Numbered from the stretch's first letter, positions 14,590 to 27,813 are shown. The stretch: DNA of 64,000 nucleotides from Gammaproteobacteria bacterium (GCA_041984885.1 JBHIXH010000010.1:1697-65696); one strand, 5' to 3'. Made by a program: numbers and translations. The notes: a model not told the origin generated them from the letters alone.

Positions 14590-15696
14590 TTAGCCCTGCG
14601 AATTCTGGGTTGAATTTATGAAGTTACCATCCGTTTCACGGGTGATCGGTTCAGATACTTCATCGACAATGGAAATAAAAGCATCAATGCAATCCGGGTC
14701 AAATTCTTTTCCGCGAGCGTTTTTCAGATACTCCAGCGCATCCTCGTGATTCCACGCTTTCCGGTAACTACGACTGCTGGTTAAGGCATCATAGACGTCG
14801 ACAACAGCCACGATCCTGGCCTCAATCGGAATCTTGTTCCCACTCAGATTATTCGGATAGCCCTGGCCATCAAAGCGTTCATGATGATTCAGTGCGATGA
14901 TTGCTCCCATGTCGAGAAAATCCGACTCACTGTTTTTCAGAATCTGATAACCGATCCAGGTATGACGTTGTACTATCCTGCGTTCATCGTCAGTCAATGC
15001 ATCGGTTTTGTTCAATATGGTCTCGGGAATGCCGACTTTACCGATGTCATGAATAACCGAAGCCTGCTCGATCGTATTACAAAAATCTTCCGGCAACCCC
15101 ATCACCTCGGCGGTACGTCGTGACAGTATGCCGACACGCTGAAAATGTTGATCACAAGGCACATCGCGAAATTCAGCAGCACGTGCAAGCCGGTAGAGTA
15201 TTGCACTTTCGCGGGTACGGATATTCACGGCCTGTTCCTGGTAACTCTTTTCAAGAGAGGCAGCCCGCTCGCGAATAATAGTCTGTTGCCTGCGCAGGTT
15301 CAGCAGGTTACGACAGCGAACCTTGCATTGATAATGGTCGATGGGTTTACACAGAAAATCTGTGGCGCCGGCGTCGAGTGCGTCATACAACACCGATTTA
15401 TCATCAACAATCGTCACAACGACAATTGGAATATCACACAGCAGCGGGTTTTCCCTGAATGATCGAATCAATTCAATACCGTCCATGTCCGGCATTTTGT
15501 AGTCAGTCAGGATAAGATCCGGAATATCTTCTTCAGCTGCCCGCAGTGCTTCTCTTGCATTGTCAAAACTGACTATCGAAATATTATGTCCAACGGTTTT
15601 AATAATCGTCTCGAGGATCCTGCGTTCGGTCGCCTGGTCATCAATAATCATGACCGAAAGCCTGAGTGATTGATCTCTTTTTTCGGGGTTATTCAT
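14590..15696 (-). CDS. rpfG: response regulator with HD-GYP phosphodiesterase domain (RpfG-like)
   Basis: 368 aa. REC domain 'VMIIDDQ...ILTDYKMPDMDG...CKP', then an HD-GYP domain with 'HDIGK' and 'HHERFDGQGYP'. Confidence 0.85.
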   Translation of the reverse strand: MNNPEKRDQSLRLSVMIIDDQATERRILETIIKTVGHNISIVSFDNAREALRAAEEDIPDLILTDYKMPDMDGIELIRSFRENPLLCDIPIVVVTIVDDKSVLYDALDAGATDFLCKPIDHYQCKVRCRNLLNLRRQQTIIRERAASLEKSYQEQAVNIRTRESAILYRLARAAEFRDVPCDQHFQRVGILSRRTAEVMGLPEDFCNTIEQASVIHDIGKVGIPETILNKTDALTDDERRIVQRHTWIGYQILKNSESDFLDMGAIIALNHHERFDGQGYPNNLSGNKIPIEARIVAVVDVYDALTSSRSYRKAWNHEDALEYLKNARGKEFDPDCIDAFISIVDEVSEPITRETDGNFINSTQNSQG

Positions 15697-15738
15697 ACAA
15701 ATACAATATCGTTATTTTGAATTTATCAGTGCTATTGA

Positions 15739-16302
15739 CTACTGGCTGGAACGTTTCAGCAATACATAAACGGCACCGGTACCTCCGTCGATCGGCCGTG
15801 CTGAACAAAAGGCCAACACCCTGTCATCGAGTTGCAGCCAGTGATTCAACCTGTTTTTTAAAACGGGTAATTGATTACGTGAACCACGACCTTTGCCATG
15901 AATGATCCTGACCGCGTACGCTCCTCTCTGTGTTGAGCGTTGCAGAAAATCCTTTACAGCCGTATTCGCCTGAGTCACTACCATGCCATGCAGATCCAGT
16001 TCATCCTGTATTGCTATTAAACCGCGTTTTAATTTTCGCAGTGTCTGTTTTTGAATACCTGGTCGCAGAAAGCTGAGTTCATCGCCTGTATCGACGCTGG
16101 GCACATCGAACGGTTCAGTGCCTAACTGATGAATGACTGCCTGTTCATCCGCGAGCGATTGAGTCGGGACAGGTTCAGGTCGTTTCCTTTCGAAATGAAT
16201 CCGGTCGTTTTCTACCGGTGTTACTTCACCAATCGCGTTGCGAAACAGGTCGATATCAGTATCGCTTAACTGTTTCGTCGGTCTTTTTTTATTACTGACC
16301 AT
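15739..16302 (-). CDS. smrB: Smr-domain endonuclease (SmrB/YfcN family)
   Basis: 187 aa with a C-terminal Smr domain: 'LDLHGM...A', 'IIHGKGRGS', 'LKNRLNHWL'. Confidence 0.75.
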   Translation of the reverse strand: MVSNKKRPTKQLSDTDIDLFRNAIGEVTPVENDRIHFERKRPEPVPTQSLADEQAVIHQLGTEPFDVPSVDTGDELSFLRPGIQKQTLRKLKRGLIAIQDELDLHGMVVTQANTAVKDFLQRSTQRGAYAVRIIHGKGRGSRNQLPVLKNRLNHWLQLDDRVLAFCSARPIDGGTGAVYVLLKRSSQ

Positions 16303-16434
16303 ATATTATAGATGAAACTTACCGTGGTTTATCAGCAAAGCCGATTTTAATTCGCATTAGTAATAATTAGTAGTGACGAATCGGGAGAAAACGATAATTT
16401 CACCAGGAAATTCACCCAAATGGGTGAGTAATCG

Positions 16435-19400
16435 TCAGGCTATCCAGTTTCTGGCGTTGTTGAACATGGTCATCCATGGGCTGTACTCGGACGGCCAATC
16501 TTCGTTAGTCCAGGATAATTGCTGCTGAAGAAATACCCGTTCCGGGTGCGGCATCATGATGGTGACGCGCCCATCGGCATTGGTAAAACCGGTCTCACCC
16601 CTTGTTGAACCATTCGGGTTAAGTGGATACGTGTCAGCAACATCACCTGCGTGATCAATGTATCGCAGGCAAACCTTTGCTGCGCCATTGTCTGAATGAT
16701 CAATATACTGAACCCGACCCTCGCCATGCGCCACGACGATAGGCAGTTCTGATCCCTGCATGTCACGCAGAAATATCGAATCCGATTTTTCTACGCGAAC
16801 CATCACGAGCCGGGATTCAAACTGCTCACTCGTGTTTTTTACAAAGCGTGGCCAGTTTTCCGTCCCGGGTATCAGTTCGGCAAGTTGCGACAGCATCTGA
16901 CAACCATTGCAGACACCAAGTGCAAATCGATCGGTACGCTGAAAGAATTGCTGAAACTGATCACGTAAGGCAGGATTGAACAGGATCGATTTTGCCCAGC
17001 CACCACCCGCACCGAGCACATCACCGTAGGAAAAACCACCGCAGGCGACGAGACCATGAAAGTCTTCAAGTGAACTCTCGCTGTTGATCAAATCCGACAT
17101 ATGTACATCGATACTGTCAAAGCCGGCGCGATCAAATGCCGCTGCCATTTCAACCTGACCATTGACGCCTTGTTCGCGCAGGATCGCGACTTTCGGACGG
17201 GCACCGGAGTGGATGGCGGGGTTCACTCTTGCAACCGGGAAGCTGGCATTCACGGAACGGCCGGGATCTTCCATGTCACACACATGCAGGTATTCCTGTT
17301 TGGCAGAATCCGGATTATCCCGCAGGCTTTGCATGTGAAAACTGGTCAGCGACCAGTCTTGTTGCAGTTGTTCCAGTGACTGGCTAAACACGGTTTCGGC
17401 TTCGTTGGTAATGGACAGGGTTCGAATATCCGTAACGGCTCCGATCACGTGCACGTGTTCTGCCAGAAGCCCGTTTCTGGTAAACGTATCCAGCACGGTT
17501 TCCAGGCAGGACTTGCGTATTTGAATAACGGCACCGGCTTCCTCGTTAAACAGGCAATCCAGTGTATCGCCTGCAAGCTCATCAAGCGCAATATTCAGGC
17601 CCAGTCGACCGGCCAGGCACATCTCGGTCAAGGTGACAAACAATCCGCCATCCGACCGGTCGTGATAGGCGAGCAGGTAACCGGCATCGTTCAATAGTTG
17701 AATGGTTTGAAAAAAATCAGCCAGTGTTTCAGGTTTTTCTATGTCAGGGCAGGCACCACCGATGTGGTTATACACCTGTGTCAGACAGGAACCGCCAAGT
17801 CGGGTTTTGCCCAGGCCCAGATCGATGAGCAATAAAACCGTTTCTTCATTCGGATTGACCAGTTGCGGCGTTAACGAGGTGGTGACATCCGCGACCGGTG
17901 CAAACGCTGTAACAATTAACGATAACGGTGCGGTGACCTGATGGTGCTCATCATCCTGTTGCCAGACGGTGTTCATTGATAATGAATCCTTTCCAACCGG
18001 TATACACAGTTGTAACTGCTGACAGAATTCTGATACGGCTTGTACAGTTTCATACAGGCGCACATCTTCATCGAGTTGACCCGCCGCCGCCATCCAGTTT
18101 GCCGATAAGGAAATATCGGCAAGTTGTAACACGCGGGCTGCACACAGATTGGTAATGGCCTCGGCAATAGCCATACGCCCGGAAGCAGCAGCATTGATCA
18201 GGGCCGTCGGTGTCCGTTCTCCGATTGCCATCGCCTCACCGCACAAGGAACCATAACCACTGGCCGTGATGGCACAGTCTGCTACCGGCACTTGCCACGG
18301 ACCGACCAGTTGATCGCGGACGACGAGACCGGAAACGCTGCGGTCGCCAATGTGAATCAGAAATCGTTTATCGGCGATGGTCGGCAGTTGCAATAGACGC
18401 CGGCAGGCATCATCAACATCAATGTTGGCCGTATTGAATTCGGTTTGATTGTAAGCGAGTGCTCTCGCTTCACGTTGCATTTTCGGTAACCGGCCGAGCA
18501 ACATCGGCAACGGCATGTCGATTGGATTGTTATTAAATTGCGAATCTGACAAGACCAGTTGCTGTGCCGCGGTCGTCTCACCAAGCACCGCAAACGGTGC
18601 ACGTTCACGTTCGCAGATCGCGGTAAAATCGGACAGGCGCGCCTCGGCAATGGCGAGCACATAGCGTTCCTGCGCCTCGTTGCACCAGATTTCCAGCGGT
18701 GACATACCGGGTTCGGCATTCGGTATCCGGCGTAGCTCAAATTCAGCGCCACGTTCACTGTCGTGCACCAGTTCCGGTAACGCGTTCGACAGGCCACCGG
18801 CACCCACATCGTGAATGGAGATAATCGGGTTCTCATTACCCATTGCCCAGCATCGATCGATGACTTCCTGGCAACGACGTTGCATCTCCGGGTTGTGTCG
18901 TTGTACCGAGGCAAAATCCAGTTCTTCATCACTGTCACCGGAGGCCATGGATGAAGCCGCACCACCACCAAGGCCAATCAACATCGCCGGTCCACCCAGC
19001 ACGATCAGTTTTGCCCCCGGCGGAATCGTCTGCTTGTGGATATGTTCAGATCGGATCATGCCGTAACCGCCGGCGATCATGATCGGTTTATGATAGCCAC
19101 GCACGCAATCGCTTGCCGGTTGCAATTGTTCATAACTGCGGAAGTAACCACATAAGGCCGGTCGACCAAACTCGTTGTTGAACGCTGCGCCACCAATCGG
19201 GCCGTCCAGCATAATGTCGAGTGCCGATAATATTCTTTCCGGTTTGTTTTCACCGGATTCCCACGGTTGTGGCAGTGCCGGAATATTCAGATTGGAAACC
19301 GAAAAACCGGTCAAGCCGGCTTTTGGTTTGCCGCCACGTCCGGTCGCTGCTTCATCGCGAATCTCACCGCCGGAACCGGTAGCGGCGCCAGCCAGGGCAG

Positions 19401-20304
19401 CGATAGCCGTCGGATGGTTATGCGTTTCCACCTTCATTAACAGATGAACTTCTTCATCGTGCCAGCGATAGCGATGTTTCTCGTCCGGAAAAAAACGGCT
19501 CGCGTAGCTGCCAGTGGTGACAGCGGCGTTATCACTGTAGGCTGACAATACACGTCCCGGATGACGGGAGTGTGTCTGACGGATCAGATCGAATAAGGAG
19601 TCCGTTTTTTGCACACCATTGATGTGCCAATTGGCATTGAAGATCTTATGGCGACAATGTTCCGAGTTCGCCTGCGCAAACATCATCAACTCAACATCAG
19701 TCGGATTACGTTTTAACGACGCGTAACTCGCGACCAGGTAATCGATTTCTGTTTCTGCCAGCGCCAGTCCCAGCGATTGATTCGCCTGTTCCAATGCCGC
19801 CCGTCCTTGCTGCATCAGGTCAATTTCATTAAAAGTACCCGGTTCATGTTGCTGAAATAAATTTTCGGCAGCTTCAACATTGAACAACACCGTCTCCGTC
19901 ATGCGGTCGTGCAGTTGCCCACTGATCGATTGCAGTTGCTCGCGCGTCAGCGTTGCTTCATCACAACTAAAATACCAGGCAATACCACGTTCTACACGCG
20001 TGACCTCAACCAGGCCGCAATTGGTCAGGATGTCGGTGGCCTTGCTTGACCAGGGTGATTGTGTGCCGATTCGAGGTGTGACGACCAGGTGAATGCCAGG
20101 CATGGGGCCGGCGGCATCACTGTCGGGATCGAGTAACTGTTTTACCTGTGCAGATTGCTGCTCGCTCAGCTCCTTCGCTGCATGAAGAAAGTGAATGTGC
20201 CGCGTCTCTACCTGTCGGATTTGCGGCAGACAGGATTGCAACAGGGGAAGGAGTTTCGCGATACGAAAGTTTGAGACGGCGTGACCGCCGACAAAAATCT
20301 GCAT
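16435..20304 (-). CDS. purL: phosphoribosylformylglycinamidine synthase (single-chain)
   Basis: 1289 aa, full-length large PurL with a C-terminal glutamine amidotransferase domain. Confidence 0.92.
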   Translation of the reverse strand: MQIFVGGHAVSNFRIAKLLPLLQSCLPQIRQVETRHIHFLHAAKELSEQQSAQVKQLLDPDSDAAGPMPGIHLVVTPRIGTQSPWSSKATDILTNCGLVEVTRVERGIAWYFSCDEATLTREQLQSISGQLHDRMTETVLFNVEAAENLFQQHEPGTFNEIDLMQQGRAALEQANQSLGLALAETEIDYLVASYASLKRNPTDVELMMFAQANSEHCRHKIFNANWHINGVQKTDSLFDLIRQTHSRHPGRVLSAYSDNAAVTTGSYASRFFPDEKHRYRWHDEEVHLLMKVETHNHPTAIAALAGAATGSGGEIRDEAATGRGGKPKAGLTGFSVSNLNIPALPQPWESGENKPERILSALDIMLDGPIGGAAFNNEFGRPALCGYFRSYEQLQPASDCVRGYHKPIMIAGGYGMIRSEHIHKQTIPPGAKLIVLGGPAMLIGLGGGAASSMASGDSDEELDFASVQRHNPEMQRRCQEVIDRCWAMGNENPIISIHDVGAGGLSNALPELVHDSERGAEFELRRIPNAEPGMSPLEIWCNEAQERYVLAIAEARLSDFTAICERERAPFAVLGETTAAQQLVLSDSQFNNNPIDMPLPMLLGRLPKMQREARALAYNQTEFNTANIDVDDACRRLLQLPTIADKRFLIHIGDRSVSGLVVRDQLVGPWQVPVADCAITASGYGSLCGEAMAIGERTPTALINAAASGRMAIAEAITNLCAARVLQLADISLSANWMAAAGQLDEDVRLYETVQAVSEFCQQLQLCIPVGKDSLSMNTVWQQDDEHHQVTAPLSLIVTAFAPVADVTTSLTPQLVNPNEETVLLLIDLGLGKTRLGGSCLTQVYNHIGGACPDIEKPETLADFFQTIQLLNDAGYLLAYHDRSDGGLFVTLTEMCLAGRLGLNIALDELAGDTLDCLFNEEAGAVIQIRKSCLETVLDTFTRNGLLAEHVHVIGAVTDIRTLSITNEAETVFSQSLEQLQQDWSLTSFHMQSLRDNPDSAKQEYLHVCDMEDPGRSVNASFPVARVNPAIHSGARPKVAILREQGVNGQVEMAAAFDRAGFDSIDVHMSDLINSESSLEDFHGLVACGGFSYGDVLGAGGGWAKSILFNPALRDQFQQFFQRTDRFALGVCNGCQMLSQLAELIPGTENWPRFVKNTSEQFESRLVMVRVEKSDSIFLRDMQGSELPIVVAHGEGRVQYIDHSDNGAAKVCLRYIDHAGDVADTYPLNPNGSTRGETGFTNADGRVTIMMPHPERVFLQQQLSWTNEDWPSEYSPWMTMFNNARNWIA

Positions 20305-20384
20305 TCAGTTAACTGCGGGTTGCTAGCGTTGATACTGGCCGGCATTCTACCAGCTTCCGCCTGTAGCAGCGATGTCTCAGTGAA

Positions 20385-21254
20385 TTATTTCAGTTCGGTC
20401 ACTTTTACCGCAATGCTGCGGAATTCCTGTCCGGTCCGGCGTGTCGTGGTTAAATTCAGTCTGCCCTTGTCGTCGAATTGTTGCTCGACGCCACCAAGAT
20501 AGATCCACTCACCGAGTCTGCCGGATGCCGTCGTCTCGACATTCTGAATATCAAACACACCACCGTGCGCGGAATTTACCCGGTTTAGCTGTGGCGCGAT
20601 CATCAACGTGACAATATCGCCACTGAGCCGTGGTAACACATAAAATCCGGAAGTGACATCGCGATACTGTATGCCATCCTGCAGAATCACGCCGCCACCC
20701 GGCGTGATGATCGTTTGTTGATTGGCGACGGGTACCGAATGGCCGGTATGAATAAACGCCGGGTAGCCTTCAGTGACCTGCACAGAAAAGGTATTCTTGT
20801 CCTCAATGCTGGAACGTGTCGACAGCGCACGATATCCAATCACATTACCCTCGTCGTCCTTGATCGCAATAATACCGCCACCGTTGCGGGCGCCCGGGTC
20901 CGGGCTGGCAATCGTGACATCTCCCGAACTGTAACGACCGGAGATCCCCTGTTCGTTATGGTTCACATTACCGTCGACATTTTGTTTCACCGAGATCATC
21001 AAACGGCGAGGCGCCTTATCCAGACTGTGGATGACCTGTTTGATCTGGTTCAGGTTTTCGGCTGTGGATTTCACAATGACTTGATCGTTCATGCCGGTGA
21101 CGGTACCCCCGTCAACAACGAGGGGTTTGACCATGGGGATGACGTCATTCGCCAGTCGGTGTTTCAGTGAGATGACTTCAAGCACCATTTCTGCCGTTAC
21201 CGGGGCCGTGAAAAACAGTGCCGACAACAGCAGCGTCATTGTTAATGTCTTCAT
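20385..21254 (-). CDS. short secretin-like exported protein (Secretin_N-like domain plus short secretin-like C-domain)
   Basis: 289 aa with the signal peptide 'MKTLTMTLLLSALFFTAPVTA'. The N-terminal block 'VISLKHRLANDVIPMVKPLV...NLNQIKQVIHSLD' resembles a secretin N-domain. The C-terminal half, 'GFYVLPRLSGDIVTLMIAPQLN...GEWIYLGGV...RSIAVKVTEL', resembles a secretin core. Confidence 0.5.
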   Translation of the reverse strand: MKTLTMTLLLSALFFTAPVTAEMVLEVISLKHRLANDVIPMVKPLVVDGGTVTGMNDQVIVKSTAENLNQIKQVIHSLDKAPRRLMISVKQNVDGNVNHNEQGISGRYSSGDVTIASPDPGARNGGGIIAIKDDEGNVIGYRALSTRSSIEDKNTFSVQVTEGYPAFIHTGHSVPVANQQTIITPGGGVILQDGIQYRDVTSGFYVLPRLSGDIVTLMIAPQLNRVNSAHGGVFDIQNVETTASGRLGEWIYLGGVEQQFDDKGRLNLTTTRRTGQEFRSIAVKVTELK

Positions 21255-21799
21255 ATCAGTAGCCTCCTGAAGTTAGGGTCGGGTTTGGCCACTTCCCACA
21301 TATCGTTAAACTCGTTCTGGTAATTGGTTGCCGTCCTTTTATCATTGAAACAGGTCTGTGACTCGTAGCGTTCGGCATTTTTTCGGTGCATATAACCAAT
21401 TGAATCGACGATCAGTAGACCGGCATTGAAATCCTTATGTTCCTGACCGGCGCGACGAATTTCAATATAGCTGCTCAAACTGCCAACCAGTTGGAGTAAA
21501 CGGTGCCCGCGTTTGACAATCAGGTCCGGTTCCCAGACCAGCAGGCGCACCTGTGCCCGGCGATTGTTTGTCACAAGAGATTTAACGGCAGAGGTGAACC
21601 TGACTTGATCATAAATCACCGGATCGAGCATGCGGCTTGCGACCTCAATGCTGCGTCGACTCTGCCTGACAAGTGCGGCCGCGCAGTGTCTGTTCTCACT
21701 GGCGGTCTCCAGCTGTACGACCTCTTTGTTTATTCCGCCAAGTTTGTACTCATCCAGATTTAGCATTAAGGCTGCCTGTAGATTGAAATTTGATGCCAA
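21251..21799 (-). CDS. hypothetical protein, translationally coupled to the secretin-like gene
   Basis: 182 aa with no signal peptide or TM segment. It overlaps the downstream gene by 4 nt (ATGA). No family recognised. Confidence 0.4.
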   Translation of the reverse strand: MASNFNLQAALMLNLDEYKLGGINKEVVQLETASENRHCAAALVRQSRRSIEVASRMLDPVIYDQVRFTSAVKSLVTNNRRAQVRLLVWEPDLIVKRGHRLLQLVGSLSSYIEIRRAGQEHKDFNAGLLIVDSIGYMHRKNAERYESQTCFNDKRTATNYQNEFNDMWEVAKPDPNFRRLLI

Positions 21800-21823
21800 G
21801 TATAGGGAATATATCGGGTGAGT

Positions 21824-22270
21824 TCAGTCACCGGGTAACGATTTGATCATTCGGCAATGCGGAATATCCGCCTCGTCGAACTGCTCGCCTGTTTCAGTAA
21901 AGCCGAATGACTGATAAAACTTAGTCGCATGACTTTGTGAATTTAAAAAGACCGATTTCATCTGCTTTCGTCCTGCGACATCAAGCAACATACGTAACAT
22001 GGCTTTGCCGACACCGGCACGACGAAATGGTTGTAATACAGCCATGCGACCGATTTGGCCGGAGTCCAGTAAACGGGCCGTGCCAATAGCCTTGCCGGAA
22101 TCGGTGATTGCCAGCAAATGCAGGCAAACTGCGTCATGCTCGTCCCATTCCAGCTGTTCAGGCACCTTCTGCTCGTGAATGAAAACACAGGTTCGGATTG
22201 CCCGAATACGGGTTGCATCCTCCTGCCAGTCAGCAATGAAGACTTCAAATTCGAACGGTTCAATCGACAT
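21824..22270 (-). CDS. GNAT family N-acetyltransferase
   Basis: ~148 aa with the acetyl-CoA binding motif 'RRAGVGKAMLRMLL'. ATG 22270 is preferred over TTG 22288; both overlap the roxA stop. Confidence 0.75.
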   Translation of the reverse strand: MSIEPFEFEVFIADWQEDATRIRAIRTCVFIHEQKVPEQLEWDEHDAVCLHLLAITDSGKAIGTARLLDSGQIGRMAVLQPFRRAGVGKAMLRMLLDVAGRKQMKSVFLNSQSHATKFYQSFGFTETGEQFDEADIPHCRMIKSLPGD

Positions 22271-23387
22271 ACAGTATCCCTTTTGCAAGCAGTGATGCGA
22301 TTAATTCGTGCAGCGCGGCCTGATCAGCAGACAATCGGAGTTCTTCTGTTGTGATCGGTTCATGTCGACTCAGTTTATCGGCAATCGGTAATGACTCAAC
22401 TGCCACGATATATTTTTCCCCGTTCACATATAAATGGATTTTATTGTCGAGAAACATAAACACGGTTTTGCTGGATCGGTCACAGTGCAAATGACAATCC
22501 TCGTTTAATAATGCAGAAACCGGCAGTGATGTGGATGGGGCCGATTCCATTCGATCCGCCGTGATAAGGGATGCAAACCAGTCGGCGAATGCGTCCCGAT
22601 TCGATATGGCCGCAACCATATCCGAATAAAGACGGTCGATATCAGGAGCACTGATTTCGCCTGCATGCGTCTGCAACGGTCTTTGCGGGTCAGAAAACCG
22701 CTCGCCTGCAGCAAACAGGTGATGGCTGTCGTTGACAAAGCCGGTCAGCAACTCAGTGGCCGTTGGTGCACGAAAGCCTATCGAGATCGTCATGGATTCA
22801 CAGTCGGCGATGCCATGATGGGCAACGCCGGGGGGCAGGTACAACAGATCACCGGGCTCGAGCGTCCAGGCTTGTTCAGCCTGAAAATGATCGATTACAC
22901 GCAGTGGTTTGCCTTCAATAAAATCCGTCTCGTCATAATCATGGCAATTGATGCGCCACTCGCGGTTACCCAGTGCCTGCAATAAAAACACATCATAGCT
23001 ATCCAGGTGTGGGCCGACACCACCGTGCGGGGTGGCATAACTGACCATGATGTCATCAACGCGCCAGTTTGGAATAAAGCGAAAATGCTCAAGCAGCTTT
23101 GCAACCTCGGAATGCCACTGATCGACACGTTGAACCAGTAATGACCACGATGAGGGTGGCAGATTTCGCAGGGTTGTTTCAGCAAAAGGACCATAATCGA
23201 CTTGCCAGTGATCCGTTTGCGGTGTGTGTCGCACAAGACGGGATTCGACCTCTTGCTCCAGGCACAGGCCAGCCAGTTCGTCCGGTGAAATGGGTGGCGC
23301 CGGCATGGGTATCGCCTGGCGCAATAGCAGTGGTTGTTGTTGCCAGTATTGATCCAGAAATGTTTGCGGATCGAAATCTCGCAACAT
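22260..23387 (-). CDS. roxA: ribosomal protein uL16 arginine hydroxylase (JmjC/cupin-4, YcfD/RoxA family)
   Basis: 375 aa. Length and cupin-4 layout match E. coli YcfD, including the Fe-binding 'HLDSYD...HHG' context. Confidence 0.7.
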   Translation of the reverse strand: MLRDFDPQTFLDQYWQQQPLLLRQAIPMPAPPISPDELAGLCLEQEVESRLVRHTPQTDHWQVDYGPFAETTLRNLPPSSWSLLVQRVDQWHSEVAKLLEHFRFIPNWRVDDIMVSYATPHGGVGPHLDSYDVFLLQALGNREWRINCHDYDETDFIEGKPLRVIDHFQAEQAWTLEPGDLLYLPPGVAHHGIADCESMTISIGFRAPTATELLTGFVNDSHHLFAAGERFSDPQRPLQTHAGEISAPDIDRLYSDMVAAISNRDAFADWFASLITADRMESAPSTSLPVSALLNEDCHLHCDRSSKTVFMFLDNKIHLYVNGEKYIVAVESLPIADKLSRHEPITTEELRLSADQAALHELIASLLAKGILYVD

Positions 23388-23403
23388 GCGGCCCGGGATA
23401 TGG

Positions 23404-25826
<2,423 letters not shown>

Positions 25827-25831
25827 CTCTT

Positions 25832-26041
25832 TTATTTTTTCAGAAACAGATTAATCAGTAGTGTCTCGATGATACTGATCAACAGCATCGACGTGATCGG
25901 GATATAAACGCGGCTGTTACCTTTGCCGATATTGATGTCGCCGGGTAACTTGCCAAACCAGTTGACTAATCCCGGCGCATACAACGAGGCGAGACCAACC
26001 AGTAGCAGGATTGCACCTGTAAAAATGAGAATTTTCGCCAT
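25832..26041 (-). CDS. DUF2905 small membrane protein
   Basis: 69 aa with two TM segments and the 'LPGDINIGKGNSRVYIPITS' core. Confidence 0.65.
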   Translation of the reverse strand: MAKILIFTGAILLLVGLASLYAPGLVNWFGKLPGDINIGKGNSRVYIPITSMLLISIIETLLINLFLKK

Positions 26042-26122
26042 GCGGCTCCCGGGACACGAACGCGTACAAATACAATGACAATATGATACCGTTGTCGGGC
26101 ACTAAAAATAAGACTGAACACA

Positions 26123-27163
26123 ATGAAATTGACGATCCGAAAACCGGATGACATGCACCTGCATCTTCGCGACGGTGCCGAGTTGCAGGCGGTGGCTGCT
26201 TACTCGGCCAGGCAATTTGCACGGGCGATCATTATGCCAAACCTGACACCACCGGTGACAACCGTGGCGCAGGCTAAAGCCTACCGTGAACGCATTATGT
26301 CGGCGATCGGTGTGACATCGTTTGAGCCGTTGATGACGTTATACCTGACGGACAATACGACGACAGACGAGATTAAGGCCGCGTGTGACTCCGAAGAAGT
26401 GCATGCGGTGAAATACTACCCGGCCGGTGCGACGACCAATTCCGACTCCGGTGTGACGGCTATCCAGCGGGTATATCCGGTGCTTGAAGCCATGGCAGAA
26501 GCAGGATTGCCGTTACTGGTACATGGCGAGGTCACGGATGCCGGGGTTGACGTCTTTGATCGTGAGGCCGTCTTTATTGATCGCATACTGGCACCATTGC
26601 GCGAGCGTCTGCCGGCTTTACGCATGGTTTTTGAGCATGTTACAACTGACGATGCCATCCAGTTTGTAAAATCGTGCGATGAAAACGTAGCGGCAACGAT
26701 CACACCGCAACATTGCTTAATGAATCGCAATGCCTTGTTTCAGGGCGGCTTGCGTCCACATCATTACTGTTTGCCGGTATTAAAGGCCGAGCAACACCGA
26801 CAGGCCGTTTTGGATGCGGCCATATCCGGCGATGTGCGCTTTTTCCTTGGCACGGACAGTGCGCCGCATAGCAGGGATAAAAAAGAATGCGCACACGGTT
26901 GTGCCGGAATTTTTTCGGCATTTTCTGCCGTGGAACTGTACGCCGGGATCTTTGAGCAATGCGGTGCGCTGGACAGCTTGTCGGGATTTGCCAGCGAATA
27001 TGGCGCACAGTTCTATAAGTTACCTCTCAACGACGAGAACGTGACACTGGTAAAGCAGGCCTGGACATTACCGACTGCACTTGAATACGTGAATTCCGAG
27101 CTTATTCCGTTTCGTGGCGGTGAACTGCTTTCATGGAAACTCATTTCTGATACCACCGAATGA
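26123..27163 (+). CDS. pyrC: dihydroorotase (class II)
   Basis: 346 aa, 'DDMHLHLRDG...IMPNLTPP'. Confidence 0.9.
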   Translation: MKLTIRKPDDMHLHLRDGAELQAVAAYSARQFARAIIMPNLTPPVTTVAQAKAYRERIMSAIGVTSFEPLMTLYLTDNTTTDEIKAACDSEEVHAVKYYPAGATTNSDSGVTAIQRVYPVLEAMAEAGLPLLVHGEVTDAGVDVFDREAVFIDRILAPLRERLPALRMVFEHVTTDDAIQFVKSCDENVAATITPQHCLMNRNALFQGGLRPHHYCLPVLKAEQHRQAVLDAAISGDVRFFLGTDSAPHSRDKKECAHGCAGIFSAFSAVELYAGIFEQCGALDSLSGFASEYGAQFYKLPLNDENVTLVKQAWTLPTALEYVNSELIPFRGGELLSWKLISDTTE

Positions 27164-27813
27164 CCGAGACTGAACAACCGACCCTTTCCGTGAGTGAGCG
27201 ATTTCGTGGTTTTTTGCCGGTTGTCGTCGATGTCGAAACGGCCGGATTTAATGCAGCTACCGATGCGTTACTCGAAGTGGCGGCGGTGCTGGTTGAACCG
27301 GATAAACAAAACCTCTGGGGAATAACCGAGGTGATCAGCAAACACATCCAGCCGTTCGAAGGCGCGAACCTGGAACCGGCTGCGCTTGAGTTTAATGGCA
27401 TTGATCCGGCACATCCGTTTCGTCAGCAGATCGCCGTTGCCGAGTCGCAGGCACTCGGTCAGATATTTACCGCGATTCGAAAAAAAATAAAACAACATGC
27501 CTGTCGTCGTGCCGTGTTGGTCGGACATAACGCCGCTTTTGACCTTGGTTTTGTTAATGCTGCCGTGGAACGCTGCGGCATCAAACGCAACCCGTTTCAC
27601 CCGTTCAGTACGTTTGACACCGTCTCGCTGGCCGGCCTGGCCTATGGTCAAACGGTACTTTCCCGGGTTGCGCAGGCGGCCGGCATTGGCTGGGATAACA
27701 AGCAGGCACACTCGGCACGTTATGACGCCGAGAAAACCGCCGAATTGTTTTGCAAGATAGTTAATGAAAGCAGAATGCTACCGGTCGCGTCAGAACAGGA
27801 ACTACAGCCATAA
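27160..27813 (+). CDS. rnt: ribonuclease T
   Basis: 217 aa DEDDh exonuclease with 'VVVDVETAGF' and 'HNAAFDLGF'. Confidence 0.88.
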   Translation: MTETEQPTLSVSERFRGFLPVVVDVETAGFNAATDALLEVAAVLVEPDKQNLWGITEVISKHIQPFEGANLEPAALEFNGIDPAHPFRQQIAVAESQALGQIFTAIRKKIKQHACRRAVLVGHNAAFDLGFVNAAVERCGIKRNPFHPFSTFDTVSLAGLAYGQTVLSRVAQAAGIGWDNKQAHSARYDAEKTAELFCKIVNESRMLPVASEQELQP

